64,000 bases of DNA, from positions 248,001-312,000 of IMG/VR virus record IMGVR_UViG_3300021963_000021; one strand, 5' to 3'. The position numbers and the translations under genes were made by a program. Below the pieces are notes generated by a model that saw only the letters and a program-made list of their open reading frames with translations, was not told the origin of the DNA and searched no databases. Below, piece by piece: positions 55,902 to 64,000 of the stretch; within the stretch, counting starts at the first letter, position 1, and each line of letters opens with the position of its first letter.

Positions 55902-58234
55902 AACTTACACGCCTCGCAATCATCTTCTAGTTCTTCGTTATGATACCCGTTGACTTCTTTTTCTACATAAGCAGGTTCAGCATCCTGTGCCTTAGATCCA
56001 TGCTTGTTGATCAAGCTGTAATAGAATGTCTTCAATCCCCACATCTGTGCTTGCATTAAATTCTTAGCAATCAATGTGGTAGGAACTTTTCTGTCAGCGA
56101 ACCAAGCAGGATTGTAGAATGTGTTTGTAGAAATACTTTGGTCAACATATGCTGCCAATACTGCGGCAGTTTTTAGATATCCAACGCAGTCTTTCTGTTC
56201 CCACATTAATTGATACTTGTTCTTTAACTTGTGATAGTCTGGTACTACCTGTGTAAATGATCCTGCCTTTGATTCCTTAGTAGAAATCAAACTCATCGGA
56301 AGTTCAATACCATTGGTAGAATTAATAACCACACTACTGCTTTCCACAGGAGCAATAGCCATAAGTGTCGCATTTCTAACACCATACTGTTTCATGTCCT
56401 TTCTTAGAGGTTCCCAATCTAGTTCAGGTTTGAAGTTAGTAAGCTCATTAACGCCTTTGGCACGTAGTTCCCAAGGAAACTTGCCTTGACCGTATCGTGT
56501 CTTATCGCTGTCTTTACATGGGCCACGTTCTTTGGCCAATTCAACTGTAGCTTCAGTGAGATAGAACGCTTGGTGTTCCATCCAAGATTTAACATCTTGT
56601 AGAGCATCCTTGTCACCGTAACGTAGTCCACGTTTGGCATGCCAGTAGGCTAAGTTTGTAACACCAATGCCCAGTGGTTGTATCTCATCGTTAGACAGTT
56701 TGCTCTGTATCGACAGGAAGTCTTGATAGTCTAGAATATTACATAGACTACGCTGTAATATGCGACATGCTCTACGCATGTCTTCTGGGTTACGGAACGC
56801 ACCCCAGTTAATGGATCCCAGTGTACATAACGCTATGCGCCCCTCCGCGTCGTCTAATCTCTTAAATGGACGGGTTGGTAATAAGATCTCACAGCACAAG
56901 TTACTTTGATAGATGGTATGATACTCAGGATCGAAAGGACCTTGATTCATGACATTATCAATAAACACCAAATAGATGCGACCTGTGTCTGTACGTTCCT
57001 TCAAGATGCCGCTTTTGAATACTTCTTCAGCTGACATTGTTTTCTTGCGTAGGTCTTTACGCTTTTCATACTCTGTGTATAGTTTTTCAAAACGTTCTGT
57101 ATTTTGATAAAACGCTTCATATAGTTCTGGTACTTCGTTAGGGTCGAAGAATGTTATGTTTTCTTTATTCCTGAATCGTCTCCAGAAAAATGCTGACAAA
57201 ACAACTCCGTAATCCATATGTCGTACCCGTGTTTCGTCTGTGCCTTGATTATTCTTAAGAACAATAAGATCATCAAACTGATAATGCCAAATGGGATAAA
57301 ACACAGTAGCACTAGCATTACGGATTCCTCCCTGTGAGCACGAACGCAGATCACCAAACCATTTTTTAAGGAACGGAATCATGCCAGTGTGCATAATTTC
57401 ACCACCTCTGATGGGGCTACCCAATGGACGTAGTCTGCCAATCTCCAAACCAATGCCAGCACGTTTGCTGGCATACTTGGCCATCATTTCGCCACTAGCA
57501 AAAATGGAGTCAAGATCATCATCACTACGAATGAGTACACAGCTACTGAACTGCTTAGTGGGAGTCCCAAGGCCAGCAAGAACAGGAGTAGCGAGAGTAA
57601 ATAGACCGTCTGAAGCCGCATTGTAGTATTCCTTGATAAATTTCATTCGAGCACTGTTAGGCTCTTCTTTGTGAAACACTGTAGCCGCAGCTACCATATA
57701 ACGAACCTGTGGTGTTTCGTAAATTTCTTTAGTAGCACGATTGCGTACTAGATATTTTTCTATTAGTTGTTCAATGCTGGCATAACCGTACTGCTCATCT
57801 TTTTCGTGATCGAGCATGGCATCCATTTTATCCCAATCGTCTTCGCTGTACCAAACAAGAAGTTCAGGAGTATAAAGACCTACTTCAATATTCTTTTTAA
57901 TGATGTCGTAGAGGCGCGGAGGGGTATAGGTTCCATATACATCTTTTCTCAGCATACTAAGACGTTGCTTACCTGCTACATATTGGTAATTGGTATGTCC
58001 TACACCCGGATTAGATTCTACATCAATTAGGTCTACTATGGCTCTTAATGTTAGAGAATCAATTGCTTGTGTTGTGATGCCATCATAAAAATGCGGACTT
58101 GCTTTGATTTCTATCATTGACTGACTGACGTCAGCTATACCTTTACATACTTTTGCTACCTGCGCTTGCCACTTTTCGATCATTAGTGGTTCTTTTGTTC
58201 CATCTCTTTTAATTACTGTGATAATGTCGTTCAT
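55898..58234 (-). CDS. nrdA: Ribonucleotide reductase class Ia alpha subunit with ATP cone
   Basis: VIKRDG ATP cone, SSC, SNLCCEI, KTFYY, C-terminal CEAC. Confidence 0.98.
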   Translation of the reverse strand: MNDIITVIKRDGTKEPLMIEKWQAQVAKVCKGIADVSQSMIEIKASPHFYDGITTQAIDSLTLRAIVDLIDVESNPGVGHTNYQYVAGKQRLSMLRKDVYGTYTPPRLYDIIKKNIEVGLYTPELLVWYSEDDWDKMDAMLDHEKDEQYGYASIEQLIEKYLVRNRATKEIYETPQVRYMVAAATVFHKEEPNSARMKFIKEYYNAASDGLFTLATPVLAGLGTPTKQFSSCVLIRSDDDLDSIFASGEMMAKYASKRAGIGLEIGRLRPLGSPIRGGEIMHTGMIPFLKKWFGDLRSCSQGGIRNASATVFYPIWHYQFDDLIVLKNNQGTDETRVRHMDYGVVLSAFFWRRFRNKENITFFDPNEVPELYEAFYQNTERFEKLYTEYEKRKDLRKKTMSAEEVFKSGILKERTDTGRIYLVFIDNVMNQGPFDPEYHTIYQSNLCCEILLPTRPFKRLDDAEGRIALCTLGSINWGAFRNPEDMRRACRILQRSLCNILDYQDFLSIQSKLSNDEIQPLGIGVTNLAYWHAKRGLRYGDKDALQDVKSWMEHQAFYLTEATVELAKERGPCKDSDKTRYGQGKFPWELRAKGVNELTNFKPELDWEPLRKDMKQYGVRNATLMAIAPVESSSVVINSTNGIELPMSLISTKESKAGSFTQVVPDYHKLKNKYQLMWEQKDCVGYLKTAAVLAAYVDQSISTNTFYNPAWFADRKVPTTLIAKNLMQAQMWGLKTFYYSLINKHGSKAQDAEPAYVEKEVNGYHNEELEDDCEACKL

Positions 58235-58286
58235 TCTCGCCTCAATACGTACAAATTTTTTTATAGTGAGAGTATTTATGGTACTC

Positions 58287-58691
58287 TTAGATTGACCAAA
58301 TCTTAATTGAATTAGACGGCAGTTTGTCTATAGTAGACACTTCTCTGTAATCTAAATTCAAGACCGCTTGGTTATCCACTACAAGATTATATCGCCTCTC
58401 GCTGGGCGACATAGACATATGTATCTCGTATTTGGACTCCTTAAAGCGACTAGTTAATTGTAAAGTGTAGCACATTCCTAATGCGATAGCAAGATCGCAA
58501 AAGCGGTTATCCATGATTAATCGCCATGGATCAGGCCAATCTTTAGGATTGTAAGGGTCTAGATATTTGCTAACAAATGGAGCCTGCGCCCAAAAGACTG
58601 CTACATCATTCAAAGGATCGGGAGAAGTTTCTAGAGTGTCTCTAAACTCTTTCCAGGCTTTTAGTTTTTCTGTATAATGGAGATCAAACAC
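58287..58691 (-). CDS. Hypothetical late protein
   Basis: ORF adjacent to tailspike-like gene. Confidence 0.7.
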   Translation of the reverse strand: MFDLHYTEKLKAWKEFRDTLETSPDPLNDVAVFWAQAPFVSKYLDPYNPKDWPDPWRLIMDNRFCDLAIALGMCYTLQLTSRFKESKYEIHMSMSPSERRYNLVVDNQAVLNLDYREVSTIDKLPSNSIKIWSI

Positions 58692-60276
58692 CGTAGTTAA
58701 CGAAATAGGTTATCTTATGTGAGCCAGCTAACACAGGGTTTTTATATTTTAGAATCATAGATTCAGAACCTGCGGTTGAGTCACTTCGGTCTACTAACGT
58801 TACTGAAAATTCCAATGCTTCAAAATCCGACGATGGTGCCACCGATGGTGGAAACGCAGCATCATCTTGTGAAACAGAGTAACTGTCGGTTAGTATAGGA
58901 TCCATAAGATTATCACCTACCGTTATAGTCAGTGTGCCATATCTTGAATTACCTGTACTGAACGTCACAATATAATTTAGTATTGTCTTACGGTTCAGTG
59001 TGGAGAACATGGCTAGTGGAGTTGGGGTTATCTGTTGATACAGTGTCTGTGTGATTTCGTCATTGATATAGACATTGCCTGCGTTGAGTACTTCAGGATA
59101 TGCTACTCGCTCATCGCCAATGATGACATCGGAGTAAGCATTTTGTTGTCTGTTAAATGAACAGTTTTCTACTATGTTGTTACCAGGTTGTTCAAATACC
59201 ACAACACTCTGTTCTGGATTAGAAGCAAGGTTGGCGTTATTTCCGCAGTCAATGAACCTACTGGTTAAAATTTTAGTACCTGTGCCGTAGTCGGCGGTAA
59301 AAGCTCTGCCAGCTATTTCTTGGAATTCACAACCGTCAAATGTCCATTGGTTAACTTGATCAACTACACCGTTGATCTCAACGCCGCCAGTTAACACATG
59401 GAAGTGACAGGTATTGAAAGCTACTTTAGATTCATATGCGTCGACTTGTGTAAAGTTAACTGCTCGATATGCTTTTTCAAAAGTACAGTTATCAAACTCT
59501 AAGTGATCAACTGTTGTGCCGATCTTTTCTGAATTCTCAAAATATACCAGTGCGTTTCCGCTGAGTGTTTGAGCTGCTGTGCCAAGGTTAGATATAGGGC
59601 CCTGGAAGGACACATATTCAAACTCACTGTTTTTGATACCAGATAGATCTATATGACCTGTGGTAAATCTAAAACTTAAATTTCTAACTAGGATATTTGT
59701 CGGACGGTCAGAGCTTTCAAATGCTGCTTTCAGCGTACCGTCTGTGGATTGTAGTTCTACTGTTGAGCTGTTTACTAACAGTACAGATCCAAACTGTGAT
59801 TCACCGTCTAGGATAGCGTATGATGGTATTCTTAGAGTTCCGGCGATTCTATAATGTCCAGTCGGTATGAACAACTGCTTGCGGAATTCTGTGCTGGTGT
59901 TTCTATATAACTGATCTAAGGCTGTTTGAAATGATTCAGTGTCGTCAGTGCTGCCGTCGCCTGTGGCGCCAAAATCTTTGACGTTAACACGATCGTCTAA
60001 CTTTTGTTGTAGTGTTCTAAAAACAGAACCCGTGATGCTAGGCTCACTTCGACCCCAACGATAACTTTCGATAAGTTCTAGTAGGTTATCGTGTTCTGTT
60101 AGTACTTTGGTATTTCCAACATACGGAGACCCGTCTGCGACGGCTCCATTACCAATGTAAAGTTCTTGAGAATCTAAAGCCCAGGCAAGTTCGCCGCTGG
60201 ATAGTTGCGGGATTCCTGATTCACCATTTTTTCGTCCTCTGCGGACTTGTATTTTCGATATCTGTACGACAGCCAT
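58684..60276 (-). CDS. Virion tailspike/fibre-like protein with pectate-lyase-type beta-helix
   Basis: N-terminal QISKIQVRRG...GEL.W..D...LYIG; VNVKDFGATGDGSTDDT. Confidence 0.75.
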   Translation of the reverse strand: MAVVQISKIQVRRGRKNGESGIPQLSSGELAWALDSQELYIGNGAVADGSPYVGNTKVLTEHDNLLELIESYRWGRSEPSITGSVFRTLQQKLDDRVNVKDFGATGDGSTDDTESFQTALDQLYRNTSTEFRKQLFIPTGHYRIAGTLRIPSYAILDGESQFGSVLLVNSSTVELQSTDGTLKAAFESSDRPTNILVRNLSFRFTTGHIDLSGIKNSEFEYVSFQGPISNLGTAAQTLSGNALVYFENSEKIGTTVDHLEFDNCTFEKAYRAVNFTQVDAYESKVAFNTCHFHVLTGGVEINGVVDQVNQWTFDGCEFQEIAGRAFTADYGTGTKILTSRFIDCGNNANLASNPEQSVVVFEQPGNNIVENCSFNRQQNAYSDVIIGDERVAYPEVLNAGNVYINDEITQTLYQQITPTPLAMFSTLNRKTILNYIVTFSTGNSRYGTLTITVGDNLMDPILTDSYSVSQDDAAFPPSVAPSSDFEALEFSVTLVDRSDSTAGSESMILKYKNPVLAGSHKITYFVNYGV

Positions 60277-60300
60277 AGATGTTTACCCTTGTTAGAGTAT

Positions 60301-61002
60301 TTATCTGGCAGCGTTATAGTATTCCTCTACCTTATTGAGCCACAGATCTTGATATTTGTTAAAGTCCTGCGGCAGTAGATCAAATTGCTGATACTCAAAA
60401 GCACGACTACACATAAAAACGTGCCCTTCACGAATGTCAGTTCCGTAGACTTCATTATGTGCTAAGATATATGCTATAAGTTGTAATTTGTAATCTTCAA
60501 CCCATTCTTCTTTTTTGGGTTTGTTAGTCTGCTTGTAGTCACAGACGCTGGGATTGTCTTTGTAGACAGCTACTAGATCAGTGGTTCCTGAATACAGACC
60601 TGGGAAGTAAAGACTCTGTTCCATGGCCCAAACTTCATTAACGTGTGCTAGGCCATTTTTAATAATCTCGTCTGCCATTTTGTTAGCCTGGACGTGAACA
60701 GGATTGTTGCCAGGCTGTCGCTGTATGCCTGCGATAAATCTTTCTAGATTGGCGTGCATAGCAGTTCCAACGCCCGCAGCCTCAGTGGTTATCTGTTGTG
60801 CTTTTTGTTCACCAATACGTTTCTTCCATTCGTTTAAATGTGTCATGTCCTTGGTTGCTGAAAGGATCGTTGTGACACTAGGAAGACTTTCTCCGTCCGG
60901 AGTAAGATATACACGTTTACGTGTTACAGGGTCATTGACCTGCTTACACTCTTTGTACTGTATTTTTTGGACGTACGGTGGTGGTTGGATTTCTATTAGC
61001 AT
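60301..61002 (-). CDS. PD-(D/E)xK exonuclease
   Basis: LPSVTTIL, GT.MH, SGTTDL, DYKQ, QLIAY. Confidence 0.88.
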   Translation of the reverse strand: MLIEIQPPPYVQKIQYKECKQVNDPVTRKRVYLTPDGESLPSVTTILSATKDMTHLNEWKKRIGEQKAQQITTEAAGVGTAMHANLERFIAGIQRQPGNNPVHVQANKMADEIIKNGLAHVNEVWAMEQSLYFPGLYSGTTDLVAVYKDNPSVCDYKQTNKPKKEEWVEDYKLQLIAYILAHNEVYGTDIREGHVFMCSRAFEYQQFDLLPQDFNKYQDLWLNKVEEYYNAAR

Positions 61003-61011
61003 ATTAGATAC

Positions 61012-61040
61012 ATTATAAATTAAAGTTATTAAGTTGTCAA
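61012..61040 (-). promoter_or_regulatory. sigma70 promoter
   Basis: TTGACA-17 nt-TATAAT exact. Confidence 0.88.
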
Positions 61041-61381
61041 GCAGTCATTTGCTTATAGGCATTTGCCGCAGCAGTCTGATTGACATTGTCTTTAGATTTA
61101 TCTATATCTGAACCTGGCTCTTCTCGATCCCGGCTTGTACCAGGTACTTTGAGTTCTATGCCACGTGGAGTGAAATTTCTAACCATGTTTTGGATCATAG
61201 GTGAAGCATCATAAATGCCCTTGAAAGTTTCCTGATCCAATTTGATACCCTGGCGGGCTAACACTTGATTGAGGTATTCCCAATTGATGTTTGCTGGCTG
61301 TCCGCGACTACCTGATCGTCCTATAATATTCTTTAGGACAAGAGCGACCTGCGAACCATCATCGAATTCATATAATCTCAT
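61037..61381 (-). CDS. Hypothetical virion-type protein
   Basis: Starts MRLYEF. Confidence 0.65.
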   Translation of the reverse strand: MRLYEFDDGSQVALVLKNIIGRSGSRGQPANINWEYLNQVLARQGIKLDQETFKGIYDASPMIQNMVRNFTPRGIELKVPGTSRDREEPGSDIDKSKDNVNQTAAANAYKQMTA

Positions 61382-61860
61382 TTTAATCCAGCATTTTGTT
61401 TTAATCCTGCTAGGGCTTTTTCAAGTTCTGCTACTTGCCCTGCTAGATTACTTTGATAGTCTTGGTGTGCTTGTGCTACCTGTGCTACCTGTTGTACTGC
61501 CTGTTGATTTGGTTGTTGTGCCTGTGCTGTGCTACTGCCGCCTGTGCTACCACCACTGCTTGGTGATGTTAGTTTGTCTACGGCTTTGGTAGCCAGATTT
61601 GATACTACATCTTTGCCTATGTTTTTTGCTCCCTGTACTGCTGCCTGACCAACTGATCGAGCACCAGACGCTGCTGCGCGGCCAGCAGCAGAAGCTGCTG
61701 AACTCACACCTCTACCTACAGCAGATGCTGCAGTACCAAGGCCTCTAAGAGCAGTTCCACCTACTGCTACTGCGCCTCTACCGATAGCGCCGAGCACAGC
61801 TGGCAATATTTCATCTAACTTCTCTTGTTCCTTGTTAGAAACAATTTCGTCTAATCTCAT
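61378..61860 (-). CDS. Ala/Gly-rich virion-type protein
   Basis: MRLDEI...LDE-ILPAVLGAIG. Confidence 0.65.
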   Translation of the reverse strand: MRLDEIVSNKEQEKLDEILPAVLGAIGRGAVAVGGTALRGLGTAASAVGRGVSSAASAAGRAAASGARSVGQAAVQGAKNIGKDVVSNLATKAVDKLTSPSSGGSTGGSSTAQAQQPNQQAVQQVAQVAQAHQDYQSNLAGQVAELEKALAGLKQNAGLK

Positions 61861-62687
61861 CCTGCTAATACTTTTAGTAAGTTGCCTGAACGATCAATGC
61901 TTTCTCTTTTTGCGCGGCCTGCTTCTTCTGGTCCGCCTGCTGCTGGTTCTGCTGCGGCAAATGCGTCTTCACCTTCGTCGCCCATAGCAGCATCTGGATT
62001 CATAGCATCTGGTTCTGCTGGAGCACCTAGATCATCTGGAGCACCCATGTCAGCTGCTGGATCTGGTGTTTCTGCTCCAAGCATTTCTTCCGGCTGTTCT
62101 TCGCCAGTTAGACCACGCACACCAGATGATAGTGTTTCACGTGTTTGCTTGAGTGTTTCTAATGCTGCTTGAATAGCTGGAGCCACTGCGCTTAAGAATG
62201 CCTTAGCTTGTTGTTGTCCCATTTCGTCACGGATGGTATCACCTAGTTCTAATAGCTGATCATTTTCCATGCCGGCTAGTTCTTCAATCCAGCGACCTAC
62301 TCTATCTACCATCGTTTTGGCAGTTACCACTGCGCTGGCTTTATCAGTGGCGCTTTCTTGAACTCTAGTTGTCATATCTTCTTCCTTTGTTGTTTCGTCG
62401 GTTTCCTGGATTTCTTCGCCACCCACAATGTTCTCACCGCGCTCAGAAATCTCTGCGTTGATCGCATCTAGCATCCATTGTGCTTTAGTGTAAGCATCAT
62501 TCTCTACAGTTTCGTTAAAGCTAGAACTTTGCTTGTACTGATGTACTTGTGTGCGAAGTCTGTTTCTAGCGTCTTGTAATTGCTCTAGAGTGTATGATTC
62601 TAAGTTGAGCTTCTGCCCAAACGTTTTTTCAATGGTTTCGTTGATTTTGCGAGAATCAACTTTCTTAAAAATGTCTGTTGTTTTCAT
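61857..62687 (-). CDS. Acidic virion-type (scaffold/internal-like) protein
   Basis: Repeated (I/L/V)xE sites; Pro/Ala/Asp-rich tail; TAAATA at 62714-62719. Confidence 0.65.
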   Translation of the reverse strand: MKTTDIFKKVDSRKINETIEKTFGQKLNLESYTLEQLQDARNRLRTQVHQYKQSSSFNETVENDAYTKAQWMLDAINAEISERGENIVGGEEIQETDETTKEEDMTTRVQESATDKASAVVTAKTMVDRVGRWIEELAGMENDQLLELGDTIRDEMGQQQAKAFLSAVAPAIQAALETLKQTRETLSSGVRGLTGEEQPEEMLGAETPDPAADMGAPDDLGAPAEPDAMNPDAAMGDEGEDAFAAAEPAAGGPEEAGRAKRESIDRSGNLLKVLAG

Positions 62688-62723
62688 GAGTCCTCATCCA
62701 GGAGTTATTGTTATATTTAGTAG

Positions 62724-63167
62724 TTATCTTGCCAAAAGCTCAGCCTGAGATTTCCAGTGGGCAGCAGTGTCTTTGGCATAGCACAGTCTAGCTAGATACA
62801 GATCGATGCGAAATTGATCTTGATCTACCCTAGCCTTATGATACTTATCTTTGAATAATTGATAGTCATCAAGGGCTTGGCCAAATTTAGTATCTGCGTC
62901 TATTAGATTACGGATTTTTTCCTGATATTTCATAGGACTCAATGCTATAAAGTTTGCTACTTTGATTGCTACTTTATTCAGAGAAATGTTTCTATAAAGT
63001 AATTCACCATTTTGGTATAGGTTTTTTATAGGACCTTGACTTTCGATCAAGACGCTGCCTACAAGGATACCTTGCTCTGTTTTTACAGGTACGAGGAATT
63101 CTTTTTTAGCTAGATCTTTGTGTACTTTGGAAATTACACGATCTAACTGTCTTTTAATTTCAGTCAT
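62724..63167 (-). CDS. Hypothetical protein
   Basis: 147-aa ORF. Confidence 0.7.
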   Translation of the reverse strand: MTEIKRQLDRVISKVHKDLAKKEFLVPVKTEQGILVGSVLIESQGPIKNLYQNGELLYRNISLNKVAIKVANFIALSPMKYQEKIRNLIDADTKFGQALDDYQLFKDKYHKARVDQDQFRIDLYLARLCYAKDTAAHWKSQAELLAR

Positions 63168-63190
63168 AAAAAAAGGACCTATGGTCCTTT
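63168..63190 (-). terminator. Rho-independent terminator
   Basis: AAAGGACC-ATA-GGTCCTTT followed by a U-run. Confidence 0.7.
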
Positions 63191-63207
63191 ATTTAAGTAT
63201 GTATATT

Positions 63208-63543
63208 TTATAGACCAAAGAACTTGATAATCGTGTGTATGTTAAGCTGTCCTGTCATTCCTAGTCCTGCTAAAAATGCCATACCAATCATTCCATACAT
63301 CATCATTTTGTCTTTGGATTTTTCTAATTCTTTGATTTTTCCAGCTAGCTCGTTGTGCTGGGCTGTGGATTCTACTCTCATATCACCGAGCGTCTTACTC
63401 AGTGTCTCGCCTGTGCGGTCCAAGCAGTCGTGCATCTCCTTCACGTCTACTTTGATATCATCTAGTTTATTATCTAAATTAGCAACCTGTACTTCTACAA
63501 CGCTAACTCGCTCTGCTACTGTAGGCATCTGGGCCATCTCCAA
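63208..63543 (-). CDS. Coiled-coil protein with C-terminal TM helix
   Basis: Heptad region then hydrophobic tail; start uncertain. Confidence 0.7.
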   Translation of the reverse strand: MEMAQMPTVAERVSVVEVQVANLDNKLDDIKVDVKEMHDCLDRTGETLSKTLGDMRVESTAQHNELAGKIKELEKSKDKMMMYGMIGMAFLAGLGMTGQLNIHTIIKFFGL

Positions 63544-63632
63544 TGTTATAAGTCAAGTGCTCGCTCCGAGCCATGTGCCTAATGTATGATTGAATGCCTA
63601 ATAATGTTTGCCTATATGTTTTATTTATATCA

Positions 63633-64000
63633 CTAGTACAGTTTTTGGATTATGGTATTAAATTTGTCACCCTTGGTTTTGAATACAGGAACATCAAAAT
63701 TGGTACTATTATTTAATCCATCTACTATTGGAACACCGTCTAGATCGTCTAGTAATAGGCCAAAAGGCGATAGGTCGTTGGCATAAGATTCGGATCTTTC
63801 TACTTCAAACTCATAGGTCCAATACCTAGCTTTGCCTTTCCACGGTTCGGGCAATCGTCCCTCGTCAGATATAGGATCTCGATCAGCTGCCACTATGCCA
63901 CGTAGATTTATGGCCTGTAGTAGAGCGTTGAAGTTTGATTGTTGTGCGTGTTTAAGTTCACTAGGGTCACTCCTGTGCGGTCGTGTCCGTGTGATGTCTA
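63633..64000 (-). CDS. Hypothetical protein, 5'-truncated by window end
   Basis: Frame stays open upstream of the track start at 63893 to the window edge. Confidence 0.7.
   Translation of the reverse strand, partial: DITRTRPHRSDPSELKHAQQSNFNALLQAINLRGIVAADRDPISDEGRLPEPWKGKARYWTYEFEVERSESYANDLSPFGLLLDDLDGVPIVDGLNNSTNFDVPVFKTKGDKFNTIIQKLY

Noticed and set aside
5317-63589. Numerous short antisense/overlapping ORFs in the track (e.g. 9198-9476, 17809-18093, 41969-42433, 61882-62172, 50590-50835)
   Set aside because: They are shadows of well-supported genes or of the tmRNA on the opposite strand, with no RBS or recognisable motifs
1-64000. Bacterial chromosome origin (dnaK, nrdAB, infA, rpsU, clpP, sod)
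   Set aside because: Housekeeping genes lack their usual operon partners and are interspersed with T4-type late promoters, virion genes and dense small hypothetical ORFs, which fits a large phage
1-64000. CRISPR array, tRNA genes, introns/inteins, IS elements
   Set aside because: No regularly spaced repeats, no tRNA cloverleaf other than the tmRNA tRNA-like domain, nrdA/nrdB/dnaK are uninterrupted, and no transposase was seen by eye
1-64000. Stop-codon reassignment (alternative genetic code)
   Set aside because: Conserved genes are full length under the standard bacterial code and gene packing is tight

Overview
This is a gene-dense fragment, mostly on the minus strand, of a large T4-like (myovirus/jumbo-type) bacteriophage genome rather than a bacterial chromosome. 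It has short overlapping ORFs, near-consensus sigma70 promoters (TTGACA-17-TATAAT/TATACT), T4-type late promoters (TAAATA/TATAAATA) and virion-type genes at the right end. Main blocks: (1) 1-18.5 kb, a tailoring-enzyme cluster with 7 radical SAM proteins, 5 2OG-Fe(II)-type oxygenases (one fused to a cold-shock domain), a QueC-like PP-loop protein, 2 SDRs, 2 kinase-like paralogues, a GNAT-like protein, an NDP-sugar epimerase and UDP-glucose dehydrogenase, plus infA and clpP; (2) 18.5-27 kb, small early genes including a tandem paralogue array; (3) 28-38 kb, a desaturase, a CHASE2 adenylate cyclase and a curli-like cluster (FecR, curlin, CsgG, CsgF, beta-barrel); (4) 39-44.5 kb, pcyX/heme oxygenase, clpS, hsp20, dnaK and rpsU; (5) 45-51 kb, envelope genes, a SleB hydrolase, speD and a circularly permuted tmRNA; (6) 51-58 kb, glutaredoxin, nrdB, aldolase, SOD and nrdA; (7) 58-64 kb, virion and exonuclease genes. 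Features absent from the ORF track and found by reading the sequence: a stand-alone 23-aa pqqA (PQQ precursor peptide) gene with its own RBS and terminator, a two-piece tmRNA (tag ANDNVYALAA), twin ROSE-like RNA thermometers on hsp20 and dnaK that share a 13-nt motif, a candidate -1 frameshift, and two long structured leaders. The pqqA sequence suggests a methylotrophic betaproteobacterial host (inference). All family calls come from motif recognition by eye; no database searches were run.
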